This document shows positions 18,898-28,222 of a stretch of DNA of 64,000 nucleotides, in pieces. This DNA is from an uncultured Pelagibacteraceae bacterium (GTDB lineage Bacteria > Pseudomonadota > Alphaproteobacteria > Pelagibacterales > Pelagibacteraceae). The first letter of the stretch is position 1; the number at the start of each line of letters is the position of its first letter. The notes below the pieces were generated by a model that saw only the letters and a program-made list of their open reading frames with translations, was not told the origin of the DNA and ran no database searches. The DNA lies in NCBI GenBank assembly GCA_902594235.1, contig CACJLJ010000003.1:70526-134525 (forward strand), written 5' to 3'. The position numbers were made by a program, and so were the translations under genes.

Positions 18898-19094
18898 TCT
18901 TTATTAGGATTTGTAAGAAAATCTAAAGTGATAGGTTTTGATGTATCTAAAGTTTTAGTTTTTAAATCATCTTTTTTTGGGCCCTCTTTTGCAAGTCTTT
19001 TTGCTTTTTTCTCAGCAAGCTTTCTTTCCCTTTTTGCCTGCTTCTCCATTAACTTGGCGCTTTTTGTCGATTTATAATCGTAATGAATACCCAT
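18894..19094 (-). CDS. 66-aa Lys-rich hypothetical protein
   Basis: First gene of the dcd-murA-hisD run; charged helical stretch; ATGA-coupled to the next ORF. Confidence 0.65.
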   Translation of the reverse strand: MGIHYDYKSTKSAKLMEKQAKRERKLAEKKAKRLAKEGPKKDDLKTKTLDTSKPITLDFLTNPNKE

Positions 19095-19194
19095 AAAATT
19101 TCCTTCACAAGATATAAATCATATTCATCAAAAAATTAAGGCAATAATTTGAAAAAAATGCTTTATTATCAATAAAATACAATTTTTGATATTT

Positions 19195-19268
19195 GCTCCT
19201 GTAGTTAAATGGCATAACAAGTCCTTGGTAAGGACTAGTTCCCTGGTCAGTACAGGGTGGGAGCACCA
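19195..19268 (+). tRNA. tRNA-Thr(GGU), 74 nt, non-canonical T-loop
   Basis: GCTCCTG/TGGGAGC acceptor, GTTA-AATGGCA-TAAC D-arm, AGTCC-TTGGTAA-GGACT, CCCTG-GTCAGTA-CAGGG T-arm, ACCA. Confidence 0.9.
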
Positions 19269-19991
19269 TTAATTTTTATAAAAAAGTTTTCTAAGAAATA
19301 TTGTAACTAAAACTAAAACAAAAAAGGCTGAAATCGGAATATAAATATCTGGTGAAAAAATTATATCTGAAATTGATGGAATTTTTGAATTTTGATCAAT
19401 AATTTTTTCCAAACCACTTCCGATTGATACAGCTAAAAAAATTTGCGGAATAATCCCAACAAATGATGCAAAGAAAAAGTTACTAACTTTTACATTAAAA
19501 ATTGTTGGTAAGATGCAGCTTAATTGCCAAGGAATACCTCCTATAAATCTATAAATTAATAAATAAATAAATTCTGATTTTTTAAATTTTATTTCAAGAT
19601 TTTTATATTTATCTAAAAATTTTTGTTTTATCAAATCTCGCAAAAAAAAGTTTCCAAACATATATAAAAATGTAGCTCCTATACTTAGCCCTAAAACAAC
19701 AACTATAGTTCCTAACCATTTTCCAAAAATGAAACCACCAAGAAGAGCAATTGGAGATCCAAACCCTAAAAAGGGGAATACCCACAAAATTGTAAATATC
19801 AAAAAAAGTATAAATACTAAAAACAAATTAGAGCTTTTAAGTCCAACAAGATATAATCTATTATCTTTTATAAATTCATAAGATGTGATTTCTTGAAGAC
19901 TGAATTTTGAAAAAAATAAAAATAAAAATACAGATATTAAAATTAGATATGATAAACCCAGAATTAATTTAATTTTTTTAGCTTTTTCCAT
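19269..19991 (-). CDS. VTT/DedA (TVP38/SNARE-associated) membrane protein
   Basis: GGFIFG, GATFLY, YRFIGGIP, GIIPQ motifs; multiple TM segments. Its stop codon abuts the tRNA-Thr CCA. Confidence 0.8.
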   Translation of the reverse strand: MEKAKKIKLILGLSYLILISVFLFLFFSKFSLQEITSYEFIKDNRLYLVGLKSSNLFLVFILFLIFTILWVFPFLGFGSPIALLGGFIFGKWLGTIVVVLGLSIGATFLYMFGNFFLRDLIKQKFLDKYKNLEIKFKKSEFIYLLIYRFIGGIPWQLSCILPTIFNVKVSNFFFASFVGIIPQIFLAVSIGSGLEKIIDQNSKIPSISDIIFSPDIYIPISAFFVLVLVTIFLRKLFYKN

Positions 19992-20022
19992 TGTAAGTTA
20001 TCGTATTTATAAAATCTTCTAT

Positions 20023-20051
20023 TTGCTATTTATATATTTAATTACTATAAA
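20023..20051 (+). promoter_or_regulatory. Candidate sigma70 promoter for the rpmH operon
   Basis: TTGCTA-N17-TATAAA, 32 nt upstream of the rpmH ATG; the AT-rich background lowers specificity. Confidence 0.35.
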
Positions 20052-20083
20052 GAGCGAAATTTAATAAATATTTAACCACATTT

Positions 20084-20224
20084 ATGAAAAGAACATATCA
20101 ACCTTCTAAAATAAAAAGAGCTAGAAAACATGGTTTTAGGTCAAAAATGAAAACCAAAGGTGGGAGAAAGCTCCTAGCCAGAAGAAGAGCTAGAGGTAGA
20201 AAATCGTTAACTGTATCTGGTTAA
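20084..20224 (+). CDS. rpmH: 50S ribosomal protein L34 (not in ORF track)
   Basis: [46 protein letters not shown]. Confidence 0.98.
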   Translation: MKRTYQPSKIKRARKHGFRSKMKTKGGRKLLARRRARGRKSLTVSG

Positions 20225-20228
20225 ATAA

Positions 20229-20570
20229 ATGAGAAGCAAAATAGTTGCTCTTTCCAAAAATGAACAGTTCAGAGAATTGTTAAAAAAACAAAAATTATCA
20301 AACAAATATGTCACAATTTTTTTTGGGATTATAGATAAAAGTAATAAAAAAAAATTGAATATTAGCTTTGTCACAAAAAAAAAAATTGGTAATGCTGTAA
20401 AAAGGAATAAAATAAAAAGACGATTAAGAAATATTGTAAATGAAGCTATTAAAAAAATATCAATAAAATTTGACTATTCATACCTTGTTATTGCTAAGTC
20501 AACTATGTTAAACAATGAATATACAAATATAAAAGAAGCTTTATTTCAAAGTTTTAAAAAGATTAAATAA
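20229..20570 (+). CDS. rnpA: RNase P protein component
   Basis: KKIGNAVKRNKIKRRLR; follows rpmH. Confidence 0.93.
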   Translation: MRSKIVALSKNEQFRELLKKQKLSNKYVTIFFGIIDKSNKKKLNISFVTKKKIGNAVKRNKIKRRLRNIVNEAIKKISIKFDYSYLVIAKSTMLNNEYTNIKEALFQSFKKIK

Positions 20571-20821
20571 TGAAAACTATTAATCATTTATTAATTAAAT
20601 TTATCCAAGGTTATAAATATTTAATTAGTCCTTTGCTTGGAAATTCATGTAGATATTTACCAACTTGTTCAGATTATTGTATTGAAGCTCTAAAAACTCA
20701 CAGATTAATAAAAGCTTTGTATTTGATACTCAAAAGACTTTTGTCTTGTCATCCAATTAAATTTTTAGGTGGGGGTGAAGGTTTTGATCCTGTAAATAAA
20801 AATATGAAAGAAAAAAAATAA
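20570..20821 (+). CDS. yidD: Membrane protein insertion efficiency factor
   Basis: ISPLLGNSCRYLPTCSDY; RLLSCHP. Confidence 0.93.
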   Translation: MKTINHLLIKFIQGYKYLISPLLGNSCRYLPTCSDYCIEALKTHRLIKALYLILKRLLSCHPIKFLGGGEGFDPVNKNMKEKK

Positions 20822-22503
20822 TGGACTCAAAAAATGTTATTGCAGCAATCGCTTTATCCTCTGCAGTTATAGTATTATACTCATTATTTTTTATACCAGA
20901 GCAAGCAGCTACAAATAAAAAAAATTTGACTGAAAATAAAAAAATCGAGCAAAACTCTGATACTCCAAGTTTAGAACAAAAAGAAACTATGATTACGATT
21001 TCAAGAGATGAAGCGTTAAATCAGAGTGAAAGGGTTAAATTTGAAAATAATAACATCGTAGGATCAATATCTTTAAAGGGAGCATCAATAGATGATTTAA
21101 CTTTCAAAAAGTATAAAATAAATCTTGATGATGAAAAGAGAGTGACATTATTAGGACCAAGAAATATCAATCAAGGTTATTTAATAGATAGTGGTTTTGT
21201 TACATCTGATAAGAATATCGATGTTCCTAATTCAGAAACAATCTGGTCTATTGTGGGTAATGATAAACTTACTAATAAATCACCAATAAAATTAACTTGG
21301 ACCAATAAACAGGGCTTAAAATTTGAGAAACAAATTTCTTTAGATGATGAATATCTTTTTAGAATTAAACAAAAAATAATTAATGAAAGTGATAATAGAT
21401 TTGACTTTTACTCCTACGGTCAAATAATAAGAAATGAAATTCCTGAAATAATTGATTTTTTAATACTGCATGAAGGTCTTATTGCTACCTTGGATGATGA
21501 ATTAATAGAGGAGGATTACGATGACATCCAAGAAAAAAAATTTACTAAAATAGCTAACAAAGGTTGGCTAGGAATAAGTGACAAATATTGGATAACATCA
21601 TTAATACCTCCAAAAAATAAAGAATTTAAAACAACATTTGATTATAAAAATAAATTTAGAGCAAATTTTATTACTACAGAACCATTGGAATTAAATGAAA
21701 ACAGTTCAATTGAGGAGGAAATGCAGGTCATTGTTGCTGCAAAAAGAGTGGATATAATTGATGGTTATGCCAAAACACTTGGTATAGAAAAATTTGATTT
21801 AGTAATAGATTGGGGATTTCTATATTTTATTACTAAACCACTATTTTATGGAATTGATTATTTTTTTAAGCTTCTTGGGAATTATGGTTTAGCAATTATA
21901 GCTATTACAATTTGTATTAGACTAGCGTTTTTTCCTTTAGCAAATTTTTCATTTAGAAGTATGGCTAAAATGAAAGCCCTTCAACCTGAGATGGTTAGAC
22001 TTAAAGAATTACATAAAGATGACAAGATGAAATTACAGCAAGCCATGATGGCACTTTATAAAAAAGAAAAAGTAAATCCTATGTCGGGATGTTTACCAAT
22101 TTTAGTTCAGATACCTGTCTTTTTTGCTCTATATAAAGTTCTATTTGTTACAATTGAAATGAGACAAATGCCATTTTACGGTTGGATACAAGATTTATCT
22201 GAAAGAGATCCTACAAGTATATTCAACCTATTTGGTTTGTTACCTTATGATGTGCCCTCCTTCTTGGTAATCGGAGCGTGGCCTGTGGCAATGGGTGTTT
22301 CTATGTGGATACAGCAAAAACTTAACCCAGCACCTACCGATGCTATTCAGGCAAAAATATTTATGTTTTTTCCTCTTTTCTTAACAGTCATACTGGCACC
22401 TTTTCCAAGTGGACTGGTTATTTATTGGACTGTAAATAATATCTTAACTATGGCTCAACAAGTATTTATTATGAAGCGTACAACAGTCAAAACCGCAACC
22501 TAG
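20821..22503 (+). CDS. yidC: Membrane protein insertase
   Basis: IDWGFLYF, GNYGLAII, NPMSGCLP, GLVIYWTVNN. Confidence 0.97.
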   Translation: MDSKNVIAAIALSSAVIVLYSLFFIPEQAATNKKNLTENKKIEQNSDTPSLEQKETMITISRDEALNQSERVKFENNNIVGSISLKGASIDDLTFKKYKINLDDEKRVTLLGPRNINQGYLIDSGFVTSDKNIDVPNSETIWSIVGNDKLTNKSPIKLTWTNKQGLKFEKQISLDDEYLFRIKQKIINESDNRFDFYSYGQIIRNEIPEIIDFLILHEGLIATLDDELIEEDYDDIQEKKFTKIANKGWLGISDKYWITSLIPPKNKEFKTTFDYKNKFRANFITTEPLELNENSSIEEEMQVIVAAKRVDIIDGYAKTLGIEKFDLVIDWGFLYFITKPLFYGIDYFFKLLGNYGLAIIAITICIRLAFFPLANFSFRSMAKMKALQPEMVRLKELHKDDKMKLQQAMMALYKKEKVNPMSGCLPILVQIPVFFALYKVLFVTIEMRQMPFYGWIQDLSERDPTSIFNLFGLLPYDVPSFLVIGAWPVAMGVSMWIQQKLNPAPTDAIQAKIFMFFPLFLTVILAPFPSGLVIYWTVNNILTMAQQVFIMKRTTVKTAT

Positions 22504-22531
22504 TATTTGATCATCAATCATAATTCAAAAA

Positions 22532-23380
22532 ATGGATATTAAAAAAATATTACCTGAAAATGGCCCTCCAATAAAAGAGGTTTCTAAATATATTGAAAAA
22601 TATAAAAGTGAATTAATAGTAATTAAGTATGGTGGCAATGTCTTTATTGACCGAGATATTTTTAATAATTTCATTACAGATATAAACATATTGAGTCAAC
22701 TTGGAATATCAATTGTAGTAGTTCATGGCGGTGGTCCAAGAATAAAAAGAGAATTAGAAAAATCTAAGATACAATCAAAATTTATTAGAGGTCTAAGAGT
22801 AACAGATGAAAAAATCATAGATATAGTAGAAAGTGTCTTAATTGAATTCAATATTGATATCGTAAATTCTTTAAGCCAAAAAGGATCTGAAGCTATTTCT
22901 ATCCATACAAAAAATAATAATATAATTGAGGTGATCCCTGAGGCAGAAGAACTTGGTTTTGTTGGAATACCAAATAAAATAGATAGTTCATTTTTAATTA
23001 AAACAATTAAAAAAAAAATAATTCCTATTATCTCTCCACTGGGTCTTGGAAAAGATAATCAAACATACAATATAAATGGAGATACTGCAGCTGGAGCAGT
23101 TGCAAAGTCTTTAAAGTCTAGAAGGCTGCTTTTAATGACAAATGTAGAGGGTGTCTTAAACAAAGAAAAGAAATTGATAGAAGAGATTTCGTCACCAGAA
23201 ATTTTAGAAATGATTAAGAATGAAACTATTACAGAGGGTATGATACCAAAAATAAATACTTGTTTGGATGCGGTAAATAATGGGGTTACAGCAGTAGGAA
23301 TAATCGATGGAAGAAAAAAACATTCTATATTATTTGAAATTTTTTCTGATAAAGGATCTGGTACATTAATTAGAAAATGA
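22532..23380 (+). CDS. argB: Acetylglutamate kinase
   Basis: VIKYGGN, VHGGGP, GLRVTD, NINGD, GMIPK. Confidence 0.96.
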   Translation: MDIKKILPENGPPIKEVSKYIEKYKSELIVIKYGGNVFIDRDIFNNFITDINILSQLGISIVVVHGGGPRIKRELEKSKIQSKFIRGLRVTDEKIIDIVESVLIEFNIDIVNSLSQKGSEAISIHTKNNNIIEVIPEAEELGFVGIPNKIDSSFLIKTIKKKIIPIISPLGLGKDNQTYNINGDTAAGAVAKSLKSRRLLLMTNVEGVLNKEKKLIEEISSPEILEMIKNETITEGMIPKINTCLDAVNNGVTAVGIIDGRKKHSILFEIFSDKGSGTLIRK

Positions 23381-24069
23381 AAAATATCAAAGAAATGAAA
23401 TACCTCCTATTAGATCTAGATGGTGTTTGTTATGGAAAACATAACAACTACTCTTTAGAAAGAGTATTTGGTCAAGTTTCTAAAAGAATGACAATGTTTA
23501 TTTCAGAAAGACTAAAAATAAATGCTGAAGAAGCAAAAAAATTGCAAACAAATTACTTTTATAAATATAATACAAGTCTGAATGGTCTTATGATACATCA
23601 TAATATACCTCCAGATGAATTTCTAGAATATGTTCACTCAATAGATCTTTCGTTCATGAAAAAGGATAAGATAATGAGAAATGAGCTCGAAAAATTAGAT
23701 ATGGAGAAATTTATTTTTACTAATGGGAGTGCTGAGCATGCAGAAAATATTCTAACACATTTAGGTATATATGATCTTTTTGGAAGAGATAAAGTATTTG
23801 ATATAAAAGATGCTAAATATGTTCCTAAACCTGAAGCTAAAACTTTTGATAGAATGGTTAAAAAATTTGGTATTAGTCCGAAAGAGACTATCTATATTGA
23901 AGATATCGCAAAAAATCTAAGTATTGGTTATGAACGTGGATGTACAACTGTTTGGTTAATTAATGATGAACATTTTGGAAAAATGGACTCTGATAAATAT
24001 TATATTTCACATAAAATTGAAAATCTGTCTTTATTTCTTAAAGAAATAAGGTTATTAAAAAGTCAATAA
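23377..24069 (+). CDS. HAD-family pyrimidine 5'-nucleotidase
   Basis: DLDG, FTNG, PKP, YIED HAD motifs; conserved position before dapD. Confidence 0.85.
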   Translation: MKNIKEMKYLLLDLDGVCYGKHNNYSLERVFGQVSKRMTMFISERLKINAEEAKKLQTNYFYKYNTSLNGLMIHHNIPPDEFLEYVHSIDLSFMKKDKIMRNELEKLDMEKFIFTNGSAEHAENILTHLGIYDLFGRDKVFDIKDAKYVPKPEAKTFDRMVKKFGISPKETIYIEDIAKNLSIGYERGCTTVWLINDEHFGKMDSDKYYISHKIENLSLFLKEIRLLKSQ

Positions 24070-24071
24070 AT

Positions 24072-24899
24072 ATGTCTTTAGAAAAAATTATCAATGACGC
24101 TTGGGAAAATAAAGATCAAGTAAACCAAAATTCTGATCAAAATCTTAAAGATGCTATTAATCAGGTAATAACAGATTTAGATAGTGGTAAATCAAGAGTG
24201 GCTGAAAAAATTAATGGAGAATGGATAACGCATCAACATCTTAAAAAAGCTATAATGCTTAGTTTTAGAATTTATCCAATGGAAAATTTAAATGGACCTT
24301 ATAGTAGTTGGTATGACAAGGCTCACTTATTAAAAGGTAAAACTGCTGGATGGTCAAAGGAAGATCATGAGAAAGCCGGCTTTAGAATGGTTCCTAATTC
24401 ACCAGTTAGAAAAGGATCATTTGTCGGTAAAAATGCGGTACTGATGCCCTGTTATGTAAATATTGGTGCATATATTGATGAGGGAACAATGATAGATACC
24501 TTTGCAAGAGCAGGTAGCTGTTGTCAGATAGGAAAAAATTGCCATATCTCTGCTGGATCTGGGGTTGGGGGAGTATTAGAACCTGCACAAGCTTTGCCAA
24601 CTATAATTGAAGATAATGTTTTTCTAGGCGCAATGTCAGAAGTAGTCGAAGGAGTAATTGTTGGAGAAGGTTCAGTCTTAAGTATGGGTATGTATATCGG
24701 TCAATCAACTAAAATTGTTGATAGAAAAACTGGAAAAATTTCTTATGGAAAAATTCCACCCTATTCAGTTGTTGTTCCAGGATCATTGCCTGATAAAAAT
24801 AATTCATCAGCTCCATCATTATATTGTGCAGTTATAATTAAACAAGTAGATGAAAAAACAAGATCTAAGACATCTATAAATGATCTTTTAAGAGATTAA
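24072..24899 (+). CDS. dapD: Tetrahydrodipicolinate N-succinyltransferase
   Basis: [15 protein letters not shown], hexapeptide repeats, GGVLEP. Confidence 0.96.
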   Translation: MSLEKIINDAWENKDQVNQNSDQNLKDAINQVITDLDSGKSRVAEKINGEWITHQHLKKAIMLSFRIYPMENLNGPYSSWYDKAHLLKGKTAGWSKEDHEKAGFRMVPNSPVRKGSFVGKNAVLMPCYVNIGAYIDEGTMIDTFARAGSCCQIGKNCHISAGSGVGGVLEPAQALPTIIEDNVFLGAMSEVVEGVIVGEGSVLSMGMYIGQSTKIVDRKTGKISYGKIPPYSVVVPGSLPDKNNSSAPSLYCAVIIKQVDEKTRSKTSINDLLRD

Positions 24900-24901
24900 A
24901 A

Positions 24902-26059
24902 ATGAAACCTTTAAATGAGTTACAATTAGCTAAAGAGCTAATCAAGTTTCGCTCTATAACCCCAGAAGATGCTGGGGTAATGAAATTTTTAGAAAAAAAA
25001 TTAAAAAAATTAGGTTTCGAAACAAAAATATTGGTATTTAAAGAAAAAAATTATAAGCCTGTTAAAAATTTGTATGCAAGATTAGGAAATAAACAGCCGA
25101 ATTTTTGCTATGCAGGACATTTAGATGTTGTTCCACCGGGTAATATAAAAGATTGGACAATTGACCCTTTTAAACCATCTATTAAAAAAGATCATTTAAT
25201 TGGAAGAGGCGCAAATGATATGAAAAGTTCGATTGCATCTTTTGTCTCTGCGGTAAGTATTTTTTTAAATCAAAATAAAAAATTTAATGGTTCAATTAGC
25301 TTATTAATTACAGGAGATGAAGAAGGTGATGCAATAAACGGTACAAAAAAGGTTGTTGAGTATTTAAAAAGAAAAAAAGAAAAAATAAACTTTTGTTTAG
25401 TTGGTGAACCAACAAATCCAAATCGTCTTGGGGAAATGATTAAAATAGGTCGTAGAGGCAGTTTAACTGGTAAACTGACTATTTTTGGTTCACAAGGACA
25501 TGTTGCCTATCCTCATAAAGCTAATAATCCCTCAACAATAATTATAAATATTTTAAAAGATATAAAAGATATTAAGTTTGATAAAGGCACTAAAGATTTT
25601 CAACCAACAAATTTAGAAATTACAAAAATTAATATTAGTAATGATGCAGATAATGTTATTCCTAGTGTAGCTGAAGCAACTTTTAATGTTCGATTTAATA
25701 ATAAACATACTTCTAATTCTATAAAAAAAAGACTTAACAAAATTTTTAGTCAAGTTAGTAAAAGATATAAATCTAAATTCAAAATCTATTATAGAGTTTC
25801 TGGTGAGGCTTTTTTAACAAAGCCAAATAAAACAACTTTTATGATTCAAAGAATAGTTCAGAAAATTACTAAAATTAAACCAAAATTATCTACTACAGGT
25901 GGAACATCTGATTTAAGATTTATAAAAAAAATATCACCTGGTTTAGAATTTGGTCTAGTTGGCAAAACCATGCACAAAGTTGATGAAGCAGTATCATTAA
26001 AAGATCTAAAAAATCTTACTAAAATTTACCAAAATATTTTAAATAATTTCTTTAAGTGA
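24902..26059 (+). CDS. dapE: Succinyl-diaminopimelate desuccinylase
   Basis: AGHLDVVP, GRGANDMK, GDEEG, GEPT, GRRGS, GGTSD, MHKVDE. Confidence 0.96.
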   Translation: MKPLNELQLAKELIKFRSITPEDAGVMKFLEKKLKKLGFETKILVFKEKNYKPVKNLYARLGNKQPNFCYAGHLDVVPPGNIKDWTIDPFKPSIKKDHLIGRGANDMKSSIASFVSAVSIFLNQNKKFNGSISLLITGDEEGDAINGTKKVVEYLKRKKEKINFCLVGEPTNPNRLGEMIKIGRRGSLTGKLTIFGSQGHVAYPHKANNPSTIIINILKDIKDIKFDKGTKDFQPTNLEITKINISNDADNVIPSVAEATFNVRFNNKHTSNSIKKRLNKIFSQVSKRYKSKFKIYYRVSGEAFLTKPNKTTFMIQRIVQKITKIKPKLSTTGGTSDLRFIKKISPGLEFGLVGKTMHKVDEAVSLKDLKNLTKIYQNILNNFFK

Positions 26060-26985
26060 AAACTGGATTAATAATTACTGACTCTTACCAAAATCATGAT
26101 ACTGGACCAGGTCACCCTGAACAAATAGCAAGAGTTTCGGTAATTATCGAAAATTTTAGAAAATTAAACAGCAAAGATATTCTATGGAAAAAACCATCAA
26201 TTATTTCAGATGAAATTATTAAATACGCTCACAATGATGAATATATTGAATTAGTTAAAAATTCTTTTCCGGTTAGGGGTTTTTCCTCACTTGATGGTGA
26301 TACAATTATTTCACCTGGAAGTAAAAATGCAACATTTGATGCTGCAGGTTCGATTATTGCAGCAATTGATGGCGTTCAAAATAAAGAATTTAAAAACGCT
26401 TTTTGTTCTGTTAGGCCTCCTGGGCATCATTGCAATCAAAATAAAGCAGCAGGTTTTTGTATTTTGAATAACGTTGCGATTGGTGCTCAATATTTACTTA
26501 ACAAATATAAATATAAAAAAATCGCCATTATCGATTTTGACGTCCATCACGGTAATGGTACACAAGACATATTTTATGAAAACGAGAATGTTTTGTTCAT
26601 TTCAACACATCAATATCCCTATTATCCTGGTACCGGCTCTGAAAAAGAAAAAGGTAAATTTAACAATATTTTTAACATCCCTTTGCCAGCTGGAACAAAT
26701 TCGGAAGAATATTTAAATGCTTTTGAATTTGCTCTTAAAAGATTGAAAAAATTTATGCCTGAATTTATTTTAATAAGCGCAGGCTTTGACGCACATCAGG
26801 CAGATCCTTTAGCACAACTTAAATTACAAACAGAGGATTTCTATAAAATTACTCAGAGAATATTGGAGACTTCTAAGAAATTTTGTCAAGGTAAAGTTGT
26901 TTCAATTTTAGAAGGAGGGTATGATTTAAAAGCTCTCCAAGATAGTACTAAAAGACATGTTGATGCACTAATAGAATTCAATTGA
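26056..26985 (+). CDS. Histone deacetylase-family (Zn-dependent) deacetylase
   Basis: HPE, RPPGHH, GFC..NN, DFDVHHGNGTQ, SAGFDAH, LEGGY all intact. Confidence 0.93.
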   Translation: MKTGLIITDSYQNHDTGPGHPEQIARVSVIIENFRKLNSKDILWKKPSIISDEIIKYAHNDEYIELVKNSFPVRGFSSLDGDTIISPGSKNATFDAAGSIIAAIDGVQNKEFKNAFCSVRPPGHHCNQNKAAGFCILNNVAIGAQYLLNKYKYKKIAIIDFDVHHGNGTQDIFYENENVLFISTHQYPYYPGTGSEKEKGKFNNIFNIPLPAGTNSEEYLNAFEFALKRLKKFMPEFILISAGFDAHQADPLAQLKLQTEDFYKITQRILETSKKFCQGKVVSILEGGYDLKALQDSTKRHVDALIEFN

Positions 26986-27015
26986 TTAATACCTATTAAG
27001 TAATAATTAAGATTC

Positions 27016-27492
27016 ATGAAATTGTACAAAATAAAAAAATCAAAAATTGATTATAAAGGTCGTGGTCTTTATGCAACAAAAAATATCAAAGCTGGTACGA
27101 AAATAATAGATTATGTAGGAAAAATTATTACTAATAAATTTGCAGAAGAATCTAATAAGTTTGATAATAAAAAACCAATTTATTTATTTACCCTAAATAA
27201 TAAATATTCATTAGATGGGGATTTCTCCTGGAATAAAGCTGGCCTAATTAATCATTCGTGTGATAACAATTGTGATTATGAAGGAAAAGGTCTCAAAATT
27301 TGGGTTACAGCAATAAAAGATATTCAAAAAGGGGAGGAATTTACTTGTGACTATGGATTTGGATTTGATAAAGATTACAAACAATTTCCCTGTAAATGTG
27401 GTGCAAAAAATTGTTGTGGATGGATTGTGAGAGCAGAAAGTAGATGGCGAATTAATAAAAAATTTTCAATGAAAAAAAAAATTAATAAATAA
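27016..27492 (+). CDS. SET-domain protein-lysine methyltransferase with post-SET Zn motif
   Basis: GRGLYA, INHSC, GEEFTCDYG, CKCGAKNC. Confidence 0.92.
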   Translation: MKLYKIKKSKIDYKGRGLYATKNIKAGTKIIDYVGKIITNKFAEESNKFDNKKPIYLFTLNNKYSLDGDFSWNKAGLINHSCDNNCDYEGKGLKIWVTAIKDIQKGEEFTCDYGFGFDKDYKQFPCKCGAKNCCGWIVRAESRWRINKKFSMKKKINK

Positions 27493-28222
27493 TTTTAAAT
27501 AAAAACAAGCCATCAGATGGCGCAGGTGGTGCACATAAGATCCTTTTTTTTGATTTCATAACTTTTTCAAACTTATTTAATGACCACTTTTTTTCTCCTA
27601 CATACTTTAGACAACCAACCATTGAGCGAACTTGTTGTTGTAAAAAAGACTGAGATCTAAATTCAATTATTATTTTATCTTTTATAGATTTCAATTTGAC
27701 CAAATTCATAGTTTTGATTGGGCTTTTCGCTCTACAACTTGAAGCTCTGAATGTTGAAAAATCTTTTGTACCAATTAATTTTTTTGCAGCTTTTTTCATT
27801 ATTTCTACATCAAGTTTTTTAATAATATGCCAACCTCTATTTTTTTTCAAAACTGGTTCTGCTAGCCTATTAATTATTATATATTTATATATTCTCATTT
27901 TTGCTGAGTACCTTGCGTGAAAACCTTTTTTTCTTTTTTTAATTTTTAAAATTGATACTTCGTCCTTATTTAAAAAATGATTTATAGATTTTAAAAATTT
28001 ATCAAAATTCATAATTTTGTATTTGCAGTCAAAATGAGCAGATTGCTCAACTGCATGTACTCCTGCATCAGTTCTTCCAGAACCTGACAAAATTATTTTT
28101 TCCTTTAAGAGCCTTGAAATCTTATCTTGAATAAGGCCCTGAACAGTTTTTCCTTTTTTTTGAACCTGCCATCCTTTAAAATTAGTGCCAGAATACTCAA
28201 TAAGTATTTGATATCTAAACAT
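27482..28222 (-). CDS. truA: tRNA pseudouridine(38-40) synthase
   Basis: GWQVQ, GRTDAGVHA, FHARY, DFSTFR, FLQQQVR. Confidence 0.96.
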   Translation of the reverse strand: MFRYQILIEYSGTNFKGWQVQKKGKTVQGLIQDKISRLLKEKIILSGSGRTDAGVHAVEQSAHFDCKYKIMNFDKFLKSINHFLNKDEVSILKIKKRKKGFHARYSAKMRIYKYIIINRLAEPVLKKNRGWHIIKKLDVEIMKKAAKKLIGTKDFSTFRASSCRAKSPIKTMNLVKLKSIKDKIIIEFRSQSFLQQQVRSMVGCLKYVGEKKWSLNKFEKVMKSKKRILCAPPAPSDGLFLFKIIY

